Assembly: GCF_004010195.1 (NCBI RefSeq)
Contig: NC_057750.1
Location: 18,576,542-18,640,541 of the forward strand
Length of the DNA stretch: 64,000 bases
Direction of reading: 5' to 3'
Origin: Chiloscyllium plagiosum
Taxonomy: Eukaryota
Positions 13,211 through 24,816 of this stretch are shown here, one piece after another (within the stretch, counting starts at the first letter, position 1; each line of letters starts with the position of its first letter). A program made the position numbers and the translations under genes. The notes under the pieces were generated by a model, which had not been told where the DNA came from, searched no databases, and worked only from the letters and a program-made list of their open reading frames with translations.

Positions 13211-13563
13211 TTACTCACATTTACTTTACTTTAAGCCCTGAAGAAGGGCTACACCCGAAACGTCGACTTCTCCACTTCCTGATGCTGCCTGGCTTGCTGG
13301 GTTCTTCCAGCTTCCTGTTATCTACCTTGGATTCCAGTATCTGCAGTTTTTTTTGTCTCTAACATTGACTTCACTGGTACATTCAATTCAGTCAAGTTCG
13401 CTGTATGGATTATAGAATAATGATTATTGATGTCATGCAATGTTGCGTGAAATGAAATACCAGGTCGTTTTCAACACGCTTTGAAATCCAGCAAAACACA
13501 GATTAACCACTGCACGTCCGTGCACTAGTTTATTTCATGCAAACATACATACGTAATACGTAC

Positions 13564-13576
13564 ACGTCATTTCCGG
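13564..13576 (+). promoter_or_regulatory. V5 promoter CRE-half/Ets composite
   Basis: ACGTCATTTCCGG about 100 bp upstream of the ATG. Related motifs at 20366-20378 (V6), 23965-23977 (V7), about 7735 (V3) and about 945 (V1). Confidence 0.6.
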
Positions 13577-13676
13577 CGCCACTTGTGCACCAAGGCTGAG
13601 GTTCATTCACATTCGAATCACTGGGCGTGAGGACACGCTCATAAGAGGCATCAGTTTTGGTATTTTCCATTCAAAT

Positions 13677-14836
13677 ATGCACGCATTTTGCAAGGTTTTT
13701 ACTTTTTTGCTTTTCCTGCCATGTAAGTATCCTGCATGCAATAATACGGGAAGGTCGAAGCGATTGCGAGAAATGTATCCAATTTTGCTGAGGGTGCAAA
13801 GTCAGGAAGGAATCAACATACCGAGGACGAAAAAAGGTTGCTAAGATATATAGATAACAATTAAATCGACAACACCATGGACGGTGGAGTATAATGTAGG
13901 AAAGTTTTAGGTTATTCCCTTGAGTACTAAGACGAGAAACGCACAACAAACCTTTACAAGCGTGAAACGTCTAATGTTAATGTTCGGGAGACATGACTGG
14001 ATTCTTACAAGGAAATTCGGTGTGCAGGTTACAGCAAGAAATTGGGAAGCCAAATAGCATATTGTTCTTTACTGTAAGGGAACGAAACACACACAAACAA
14101 AACAGCTAAGAATTGCTGCAACTAAATAAGGTTTTGGTGAGACAATATCATGAAAAAATGTGTGCAATACTGGTCTTCATGCCTAGTGAATCAGTGTAGA
14201 ATGTGCAGAGAAAACCAGCTAGATTGGTTCCTGGAATGATACTGGTGTCTTGTAAGAGGCTGAATAAATTGGTTAATAGACTTTATTGTCCGCATGTTTA
14301 AAAATTAATCCACCTGTTGGGCGTACGACACACATCTGAAACATGTTGGACTTCAAGCCCAGAGTATGGACACTACCACTTTATGAGCTGGTGATTATAC
14401 GAGTGGGAGCTAATTGCATTATTGTTCGCGTTTGTTGGCATTAATCAGTGAGGTTTTCCTACAACTAACCAATCGATGAACCATTCTTCTTCTGTGCGAT
14501 ACGATCTTCTGAAGCCTCTTCATTTTTCTTTAGGCCTAACGGAAGGATTGCAACCTGTGCAGAGTCCCCTCAGACTGGTGACAGCAAAGGACAAGTTGGC
14601 GACAATTAACTGCAACGAGCGTGAAAGCACTCCTCAATCCATGTTCTGGTACCGGCAATCGGCTGGCCAGGGCCTCACGTTGATCGGGTACATTCAGTAC
14701 GGAGGAGCAATCCACTACGAGGAGAAGGATCAGAGCCGTTTTGAAATCACTGGAGATGGCGATAGAAACTCTGTTTTGAAGCTCCCCAAAGCCGCACCTG
14801 CAGATTCAGCGATGTATTTCTGTGCGACTACTGATA
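13677..14836 (+). CDS. TRBV: TCR beta V segment V5 (second family), apparently functional
   Basis: Leader 13677-13722 MHAFCKVFTFLLFLP T|gtaagt. V exon 14534-14836: LQPVQSP..INC..MFWYRQSAGQGLTLIGY..SRFEI..DSAMYFCATTD. Confidence 0.95.
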
Positions 14837-14875
14837 CACAGCGGTGCAGTCTGTAACAACGTCCCGTCAAAAACC
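14837..14875 (+). other. 23-RSS of V5
   Basis: CACAGCG + 23 nt + TCAAAAACC. Confidence 0.93.
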
Positions 14876-15564
14876 CCACCACCCTCTCAAGGAATGGAGA
14901 AAGATGTTACATTTCTGTAGGGACTTCTTGAAGTCTCAACAGGACTCAGTCGATAACATAACAGAAAAATCAATGCTTTAGAATCCAGACAGCTGAAATA
15001 AAAATAGCAAATAATGGGAATGCTCACCAAATCTGGAAGTGCCTGTGGAGATTTTTAATCTTTCAAATTGAGCTTCTGAAGAAAGGCTCTCTTTGCAAAT
15101 TCTGCCCTTAATATTTATGCCCTATAAACGTTTCATTGGTTTGTCCAATCTGTAAAGTCCAAGGACACAGAAAGATTAGGGCAAGATTAATAGAGCAAGA
15201 ATGAGGCAATGACGTTATTCATATCTCAGTGATTTTTGCTTGTGCGTTCATAGCTGTCACTCCGACAAAGCAACCCTCCCTCTGTTCTTTCTTTACGACA
15301 GTGTGGCGTTCTCTTGGTATTACCCACATGATGGTGCTGCAGTCTTTCTGTCCTGACCCTCGCACATTCTAACACCGCCAGAGCTGGCCCATGACAGCGC
15401 AGCGTTCCGTCTGTTACCGACCTTTGGACTGTATTCCGTTCGATCTTATCCTCATTGTTCACAGCTGTACGCTGTCGAGATTCAATTCTTAATCGTGAAA
15501 AAACTGGCACCGTCAAATGCTATCAACAAATAAAAACATCTCTTAGAAATGAAAGACGGCACTC

Positions 15565-16627
15565 TTATTTGATCCGTTGAGCAGAGATTAAGAGAAAGAA
15601 TGACAAAGATGTTCTAAGATGTAGGATTTAGGAACACATTAAAAGAAAAGAGAGAATAATTACAGTTAAGGGGATTTCTGAAATTTCGACTCTCAGTGGT
15701 GGAATGACGGATGTCAGGGCAATGTTCAAAAGATAGCAATTGGAAATCTCAGCGATCTCTGTGGATTTTATGAATTTGTGGGTGTTACAGAGAAGCTGTG
15801 CAGATCAAAGAAGTTAAATTATAATCATTATTCGTTGTACCAAAATTGCTGAAGGTAGATGTAAATACATCCACCTAACAGATAGGTGACATGAGGCTTA
15901 GTCTGAGCCTATCATCTGACAGTTTGCAGTCCGGTTTCTTCAGCCTCTGTAGCATTGCAGCAGCAGGTGGCAATATTGCACCATCCATCGTCAATCCCTA
16001 TCGGAACTTGCATTCATGCCGTATTCATTTCCGGTGGACGAAAATGAGACTATATTAGGTGGCGTGCAGAAGAAAGGAAGACCTTAAATGATGAGAGAAA
16101 TCAGTGTGAAAAAGCAGACGACTATGCAAATAAGCAATGCCATCGGCTGAAACGTTCAATTTGCTACTTCCGTGATCCGACCTCTTGATTGACTGAACAC
16201 TTTTAAGTTCAAATAGTGGCAACTGGTAGCGTTTATACTGACAGGGGAGGGGATTCCCTGCTGCCCTCTTGCCGCGAAGTAATGTTGTCTCTCAGCTCTT
16301 GTGAAAGGCGATAGCAATTTCAGCTATTTACATCTACCTTCAGCAATTTTGGTACAACGAATAATGATTATAATTTAACTTCTTTAATCTGCACAGCTTC
16401 TCTGTAACACCCACAAATTCATAAAATCCACAGAGATCGCTGAGATTTCCAATTGCTATCTTTTGAACATTGCCCTGACATCCGTCATTCCACCACTGGG
16501 AGTCGAAATTTCAGAAATCCCCTTAACTGTAATTATTCTCTCTTTTCTTTTAATGTGTTCCTAAATCCTACATCTTAGAACATCTTTGTCATTCTTTCTC
16601 TTAATCTCTGCTCAACGGATCAAATAA
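15565..16627. repeat. 303-bp inverted repeat (15565-15867 / 16325-16627) around a 457-bp spacer
   Basis: The arms are reverse complements, with 2 mismatches seen by eye. Confidence 0.95.
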
Positions 16628-16851
16628 CAGTCTTTGTCACTTTGCATTCGGACATCGTATTTAGTCTTAGTGCAAGCTACTGAAACCCCATTTAGTAACA
16701 GCAAAACGGGAAATTGCAATACCCACAAGTTGGCGTATATTCATTACTACTTTCCAAAATGGGATTAGATCAAGATTGGGGTAATTTTGCACTGAATGGG
16801 CTCCTGTTATGTTGGGTAAATCTATTATTAGAAACAGTGTTACTTCTTTAG

Positions 16852-18660
16852 ATCGAATATAGGGATTCAGAGTGCACACAAGTGTTGTCCTGATTTCACC
16901 ACAGCTTCTATTGTTTCGAGAAAGCCCTCAATCTGGGTTGCAGTTTCATGCGAACGAGTCTAAGGAACAACACCATATTCTACACTATGAGTAGGCAAAA
17001 CTTGGCAGATAGAAAAATATGAGATTGTAAATTTTAGTAAGAAGAATGGAAGGTCTGAATATTAAAAGCCTGCAGATTGTTGTAACACAAAAGGGTTTGG
17101 AGTTTTTTGTGCGTAAATCACAAAAAGCTGCCATACAGGATCAACGGATAATGGCCAGGCAAATGTACAAAACAGAAATTGCTGGAAACGTTCAGCAGAA
17201 TTTGTGGAGAGGAATCAGAGTTAACGTATCAAGTTGAATGACCATTCCTCAGAATTGCAGTTCTTTCGCTATTTATAAGACATGTTGGTCTTTAAATCAA
17301 AGAAAAGGTTGCATACAAAATAGGGAGACACTGCTAATAATATAGAAGCACTAGTCAAACCATGCTTACAATACTATGTACAGTTTTGCTCTCCCTAGCT
17401 AAGGAAAGATATACAGAAATTGGAGGCAATGCAGAGAAAATTAACTAGGCTGATTCTGGATGTGAGTGATTATTTTCTGAGGAGAGATTAAGTAAATTCG
17501 GCTTGCTCTCATTGGTGTTGAGACAAATGAGGAAAGACGTTATTGCGTTTGAGTCGAAGACCAGAAATCGTATCTCAGAGTAAGTGGAGACCCACGTAAG
17601 ACAGAAACGAGGAAGAAAGTTTCCTCACAGTGTGAAGACAATCTGTTGCATTCTTTACCGCAGAGGGCTGTTAACATTGGATCATTAAGACTAAAGTAGA
17701 CAGTTTTTAAATCTGTTATGAAGATGTGGCTACATCATACCTTTAAGAACGTTAAAAGCCAACAGACAGTACCAAGTATTCACGACAATATACAATGTAG
17801 CATGCGATCCAACAGTTAATGTAGTGATTGCCTGGGCACAAAAACAGATTCAATTTAGGCCAATCAGTTTATACACCCAAAATGCCAAATTCCAATCAAG
17901 TTTGAATTTAGTATTTTGACGATCTTAAAAGCCAATGACACAAACCAATGCTTTGGGGGTATAAGACTGGGAAAAATTGAATAGTTGGGAGCAGAACTGC
18001 TACCAGACCAATAGGGTTAGACTGCAAGTCAGAACTGACTGTGAGTTACCTGTCTAGAGAAGGAATTTATACAGAGTAAGACATCGACACCTACCTGGAG
18101 ACCAAATCTGCAAAGAGAAGATCCAACTCTTGGTTGGTTTTGTAATTTAAATATTTAGGTAAACCTTAATCTGGGGTTTTATTGGAATGATATTATAAGA
18201 GACAAGATAAAAGATAGTTGAGAGGAAGGGATTGTAAATAGTTGTTAGTTAATTATTCTCTGTTATACTTCAAGAAATAAAGTTGATAATTTTTACTTTA
18301 AATAGCTCTTGGCTTCTCGGATTTTCACAGATTACTGCACGGGATAAATCTATGTTGCTGTTTTAAGTTAAGCAGGAGGGTTTTTGTAACAAATCAGGGA
18401 GAAGACAGGAAAGAGGAATTGAGGATTTACTTATCCTCCATGAATAGTGGAGCAGGTTTGATTGACTGAATGACCTAATTGTACTCCTGTCTCCGAATAA
18501 AGGAATGGGGGAGGTGAGACAGATGGTTATGGTGGCTGTGGGCTTGATTTCAGGAAGTGTTTTGCCGTTCAGCTCGACGCTGCAAGCAATGAACTAAACC
18601 TGCGACTGAAGAACACTGAGGGGACAAACTATGTGCTCTATTTCTGCTGGGAAAGGCAGG
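16852..18660 (+). pseudogene. Decayed V-set gene of non-TRBV type, copy B, split by a CR1 fragment carrying a solo LTR
   Basis: Acceptor ttctttag ends at 16851. 5' half (16852-16985) aligns with copy A. 3' half (about 18520-18660) reads DGYGGCGLDFRKCFAVQLDAASNELNLRLKNTEGTNYVLYFCWER. Nonamer-like AGAAAAACT at 18689. Confidence 0.6.
17714..18391 (+). mobile_element. Solo LTR (Gypsy-like) nested in a CR1 fragment
   Basis: TGTTA...TAACA termini, 4-bp TSD AATC, internal TATAA and AATAAA. Confidence 0.8.
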
Positions 18661-18717
18661 TGTAGCTGTACAAATTTACCACAGGAACAGAAAAACTCCA
18701 TTTTCTCAACACCCTCT

Positions 18718-19342
18718 TGTTATGAACCAGGCCAGACTCCCTCAAGACATTTCAAGAAAGTAGCCTGGACCCTGACTTTTTTTAGTTGTTTTAAGCAGAT
18801 GCAAAGTGGACATTCTCGGAATGATGTAGCTGATTAAGCCACTCAGTTTTAAACAGACCAGAATTCATTTTCGGACTACCAAATGAAATACTAACGAAAG
18901 AGAACAGAATGTAGAATAATTTAAGCTACCTGAAAACCCAGTGGACTCTATCGCAACTTAATGATGCTGTTACAATTTCCAGCTACATCCCCATAAACAC
19001 ACCTCCTTTGCGTAAATTAAAACACAGGTTCTTACAGGAGGGATGTTAGAGAGGTACAGTTAGGGATCATTTCACTCCAGCAGCCCTTTCTCTAGGTCCC
19101 CAGCTAAAATCTAAACAAAACTAAAAAAATCCCTGTGCTGGAAGAATTGGCCACTCCCCTTTCATTGTACAAGTGGCGTTTTTAATCTAAAAGCGTTTTT
19201 CCCTAATTGTTGCCAAAGACAGGATCTGTTAGCTATAATTGAAGTGGCCTTAGCCAAGACAAATCGGAACCTCTGCTTTTTAACGCACCTGTTGGAAAAA
19301 ATCAGGACAACATAACCTTGTTAAAAGAGCAGCATCGTCACA
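18718..19342. mobile_element. Second solo LTR
   Basis: TG...CA termini (TGTTATG / CGTCACA) and 4-bp TSD CTCT. Confidence 0.72.
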
Positions 19343-20476
19343 CTCTGCATCAGGAGTCTATCAAAACCTGCGCAACTCTGAACTAATGTGTGTCTGTTAT
19401 GGGATGGCCCAATGAACATTACACTCAGTTTACCACATTGTCTGAAGTAGAGTTACATTCATAGTTCGAAAGTACCAACAAAGGCCAAAAACTACTGCTA
19501 TTCCTTACGTCAACGGATAATTATGAGTGTATCATCAAATGGTCATTGCCGCTCATTTCTGATAACCCTTCACTTCCTTCAAGAACAGGAATCTATCTCC
19601 ACTGCTAGAAAGAGAAAGAAACCATTGACTCTTCTTCGGGTAAAGCGTCCCAAAGTTTCACAACCTCCCAAAGAAGACGTTTTACCCCACCTCTGTTTCG
19701 AATGGGAACTTCATTATTAAACAGTGACCTGTAGTTCCGAAAACTTCGGGAACAAATTTACACAGAGACGTCCCAAACATGCGAGGAAGACCGCATCGCT
19801 TTATTCCTATTAATTAAGGGACAGAAAAATGTCCTGTTTTAAATGCAGACAGTATATCAGTATTATGAGAAAGTATGGACTGCGAATGCTGGAGATTAGA
19901 GTCAAAGATTGTGATGCTGGAAAGCACAGCCGGACAGATAGCTTCCGATCTGCAGGGGAGTTGATGTTTCGGGCATAAATCTTTCATCAGGGCTTATATC
20001 CGAAACGTCGACTCTCCTGCTCATCGGCCTCAGCATATTACCTGCATATATGTTGTAGTACCCGAGGTGGAAATATAACCTAGGACCTAATGCTTGAGAG
20101 GTCACACCATGGCTCAATGAATAATACCTCACACAAGTTGTTGCGTGCGCAAAACATTTTGGCAAACACACCAATGCAACTTGTCTGATGCCTTGTTCTC
20201 AAAGTAGTCATGCTGTAGACATCACAGACCCCCGATTGCTCCAGTTATGTGAAGCAGTGTGAAAACAAGGCAAGTGGCGACACGTTTTAATAGTCCAGGA
20301 AAGCACACAAGAATCAACACGCACCTCTACACCAGCATGTAAATTTGGCTATGTCATCCGGATTAATGTCATTTCCGGGGCAGGGTTCGGCTTTTGGACC
20401 CACACAACCGTCAGGCAGAATTACAATCACTGAGCGTGAGGAGATGTTCATTGCAGCAATGTGCTTCTTTCCAAAT

Positions 20477-21600
20477 ATGCAAACGTATTGCCTCACTTTT
20501 ATCTTTGTTCTTTTTCTTCCGTGTAAGTACCTTACTGAAGATTCTGTTCATGATTAAGACCGAGAGAAATGTATCAAATTTTACTTATCATTCAAAATCA
20601 GGAGAGAATTAATATATGTGGATGACTGACAGGCAGCAAATATAAACACTTTAAGTTAGTTACTAATAAATTGGATAATAATGGAAAATGTGAGATTATT
20701 TTATTTAGTTGCAAGAAATTTCCAAATGTTCATGGTAAGGGGAACTTGATCTTAAGTGGAAAGCAAATGGAATGTTGGCGTTTACTAGAAAAGAGCAAAG
20801 TAAGAAACACTTTCTGCAGCTAAATAAGACTGTGGTGACAACCCACCATATCATTACTGTGCAATTTACCTGTACCCTCTGTTGTTTGTAAGAGGGAATT
20901 CCTGACGGAGCTTCACTGCGAAAACAGAGAGATATTCTTCCCCTGTCAGGGGAATCTCGAACACGGGAGAGTGTCTGCCGATGCAGGGCCGACTATTTCT
21001 TTTTAAATTACAAATAATATCAGTGTGGACATAAGGGGATTACTTGGACTAAATGAGAAATTTTTGTTCACTGCATAATATTGTCAGTGGATTTGACGGT
21101 GGCTACAATCCTTTTTCTAACAGTCAATTTAATTGGGTCAGTGAAATTATTATTTAATCGTTTATTAATTGATGATGAAGACAAGGTGGACTAAACAAAA
21201 ATCCGCATGTGTCTACATTAACCAGGGAGGTTTTCTAACTGATAGCCGATCGATCGTGTGTGGTAAGATTCCATGAAATCGCTTCATTTTCCTTTAGGTC
21301 TAACAGGAGGAATGCAGCCTGTGCAGAGTCCCCTCAGACTGGCGACAGCAAAGGACAAGCTGGCGACAATTAACTGCAATGAGCGTGAAAGCACTCCTCA
21401 ATCCATTCTCTGGTACCGGCAGTCAGCTGGCCAGGGCCTCACGTTGATCGGGTACATTCAAGTAGGAGGGATGGTTCACTACGAGGAGAAGGATCAGACC
21501 CGTTTTGAAATCACTGGAGATGGTGATAGAAACTCTGTTTTGAAACTCCCCAAGGCCGCACCTGCAGACTCGGCCATATATTTCTGCGCAACTAGTGATA
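20477..21600 (+). CDS. TRBV: TCR beta V segment V6 (paralog of V5), apparently functional
   Basis: Leader 20477-20522 MQTYCLTFIFVLFLP T|gtaagt. V exon 21298-21600 ends DSAIYFCATSD. Confidence 0.95.
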
Positions 21601-21639
21601 CACAGCGTTGCAGTCTGTAGCAACGTCCCGTCAAAAACT
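21601..21639 (+). other. 23-RSS of V6
   Basis: CACAGCG + 23 nt + TCAAAAACT. Confidence 0.93.
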
Positions 21640-24033
21640 CCACAGCCCTCTTAAGGAAGGAAGAAATATGTTACATTTCTGTAGTGACTTAGCAAAGCCT
21701 TATCACGACTCAAAGAAAAAACAATGCTTCGGAAACCTGAAATTAAGGTAGAAAACGCTGAAGAAGCTCAACAGATGTAGCAGTATCCGTAGAGAGAGAG
21801 AAACAGAGTTACTGCTTCAGGTCTAAGTTCTAAAGAACGGTCCTGAATTTGGAATCTTTCCCATGTTTCTCTCTCCATCAAACCAGTCATATTTCCTTCT
21901 ATAAACTGCAGTGATTTCTATAATCTGAAAATTTGAGGTGCAAACGAAGACACAACAAGATCCTCGAGATCAAGGGTTAGACAGCTACATTATCTGCTAT
22001 TCATTAATGTGCATGAAGCTCCAGTTGTTCTCCAAATACGGGCCTGTGATCGTCTAAAGATTTTGGAGAGACGGGTAGTGGCCCTCAGACTTTTGCAGCT
22101 GTATAACTGACGGAAAACAAAATGACATATCATCTGGTAGGATATAAAATGAATGGCAAAACCTGTCACTGAACCAGATGAGTGTGGAAGAGTGTGGCAC
22201 TGGAAAAGCACAGGCAGCATCCGAGGAGCAGAAATGAACCAAATGAGGATATATTAGAACAGGGAAAGACATGTCTTGTCAAGGAGGTAGATTTTAATGC
22301 ATACGTTACTAGATAGGATTTCTGGCGGCTAAGTGAAATCCCAGAGTTTAAGATGCAGGAAAGAGGGGAAATCTCGAACGGTGAATTGACAGGTATCCAA
22401 ACGATTTTCAAGAGGTAAAAATGAGACGTCCCGAGATCTTCATGTATTTTATGACTTCGATGAGGATAGGGTGATAGCTACGGTGTATATAAAGAGGCAA
22501 CAGATGAAACATAACATTTTTTTCCTGCCTCGTATAATTGAAGAGTTCACGGACCAATGTACATGCGTGTGCAGCATAGATATCCTTCTCATTTCTCTCC
22601 ATCTTACTCTATCGGCATATTTCCCTTTGCTTTCTCTAGCCTTTGCTTAAATAATTTTATATTGCATTGATTAGCCCTTTCCTCTCCTTCCGGATTCCCC
22701 GAAATCGGACTTACTGATATTCGAGGACTTACTAAGCATTCGAATATACCAAAAGCTTGCTTTGGAGCATGGCCGCCAGTAGGGGGAGCTATTGGAGCTC
22801 CTGCAAAGAACTTTTGCACACACGGATTGTCACAATACAGCTGACATTCCACCCTTGATGTGGGATAATAATCATATTTAACCCCGGGCAAGAAAGGGCC
22901 AGTTCAAATCCTATTTGTCGCAGAGGTGTATCATTAACTTATCAGTAAAATAAAGAATTGCGGATGCTGAAGATCTGAAACGAAAACAGAAATTGCTTGC
23001 AAAACTCAGCAGATCTGGCAGCATCTGTGGGGAGAAAGCAGATTTAACGTTTCCAGTCTGGTGAGTCTTCGTCAGAACTCACCAGAGTCAAGAGACTGGA
23101 AGCGTTCACTCTTCTATTTCCCTACAGAATGCTATGGTTTATTGTGAAAATTCAATGCAAGAATGAAGAGGTTGTACTTTATTTACACAGGACATCCGTA
23201 AGACCAAAGTGCTGTGTACAAAACTTGCTTACGAAAGGATCTCACTGTTTTGCAAGCAAATCAGAGAAAATTTACTAGCCTAATACTTGAAAGGAGCGGA
23301 TTGTTTTATGAGGGAAGAGTAGACTGGCTAGGCCTGTAATTACGGCGTTTATTTTAGAAGTGACTTAATTGAAGCATAGGGGGACTTGGTCGGATTGATG
23401 CCGAAAGATTGTCTCACCATGTGGGAGAATGTTATACTAGGGGTCATGGTTTAAAAAAAAAAGTGGTCGTCCATTTAAAAGAGCGGAGGAAATATGCTTT
23501 TTTTTCTTTCAGAAGACTGAGACTTGGGAATTCCGTTCCTCAAAAGGTAGTGAATGCATATTTTAAAAATATTTTAGGGCAGACGTGGATAGATGCTTGA
23601 TTACCAAGGGGATGAAAGATTATGTGGAATGTACAGTGGAGGTTAAAATAGAATTATTTCATGATCTTACTGAATGTTGAAGCAGACTTGGCGAACCTCC
23701 TGTTCGTATGTTCGTGTATCCTTCATCTCAGACATTGACCCGGAAATCCAGGTGGCGGATGAAGAAGACAATCTGGACATTTTACATCGTAACTGGGAGT
23801 TGAATTTCCATCCTGCTAAAACGATTTCACATACGACGGCCACATTGAAAAAAAGGGAACTGGCAAGGAAAACATCTGGACTGTTTCACCTCAGAGACAT
23901 AAATATGAAGTCAGAACTCGGCGAGTTTGGTCTTCCTGGTCTATGCCGTATTAACGTCGCTCCAACGTCACCTCCGGCCTTAGATGTAGCTGCCTGTTAT
24001 AAACAAGTCGATTGAATGATCAGTCAGACCACC

Positions 24034-24777
24034 ATGCTTTTAGATTCTATCGTCCTCTCTATTGCCTTTCTGCTGTCGTGTAAGCGAGGAGATTAATTGA
24101 AATCCTTAGAGGTTTAATTGTGTGCTCAGTTCATGAATATCATTAAATTTGTATTTTGAATATGAAATGTCGGGGATCAACGTAGCCGCTTGTCAATGAG
24201 ATACTTTGCAAATGAACTGGAGGCAAATTTTATTTAAAGCTCGGCTTCGTTGTGATCTGAAATGCGCTGCCTGCAAGGATCATTGAAGTAAATTTAAAAA
24301 TGAACGTCAATGTACAATCTGGTACTTTAAGAAGAAGAATTGTAGCTCTGTAGGGCCATAGAGCAGAATGCGTTAATTCAATAGTTTAGTATTTCATGTA
24401 ATATATATTTTGAAAGGTAGCTTCAACGCTTAGCTGGTCTGACCCTTATTTATTAATGCCCTTTTCAGGTGCTTCCTCCGGCGATGTGGTGCATCAGTGG
24501 CCGTTTACGCTCGCCGTGAAGGAAGAAGGAACCGCCAAACTGAATTGTTACCAGAATGGAAGCACGCGTACTACCATGCTCTGGTACCGGCAGCTTCCCG
24601 AAAAGGGCCTCGCCCTCATCGGGTATCTTGTGATAGGGAGCCAAGCGAACTATGAAGACGAGTTTAATTCTGGGTTTACCATCACCCGAAGTGAGAACGA
24701 CAAGAAATCCGAACTGAAGTTGGACAGAGTCAAAGGTTCAGACTCGGCGGTTTACTACTGTGCCGCTAGTGATGGAG
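24034..24777 (+). CDS. TRBV: TCR beta V segment V7 (third family), apparently functional
   Basis: ACCACCATG start. Leader 24034-24079 MLLDSIVLSIAFLLS T|gtaagc. V exon 24469-24777: DVVHQWP..LNC..MLWYRQLPEKGLALIGY..DSAVYYCAASDG. Confidence 0.95.
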
Positions 24778-24816
24778 CACAGCGTCATATAATAGCACAT
24801 CGCCATGACAAAAACT
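24778..24816 (+). other. 23-RSS of V7
   Basis: CACAGCG + 23 nt + ACAAAAACT. Confidence 0.95.

Noticed and set aside
16124-16131. Ig-promoter octamer ATGCAAAT
   Set aside because: It lies inside the inverted leader-like coding stretch, not at a promoter position.
19350-19520. YQQRPK-like peptide suggesting another V relic
   Set aside because: An isolated motif with no Cys framework, splice site or RSS.
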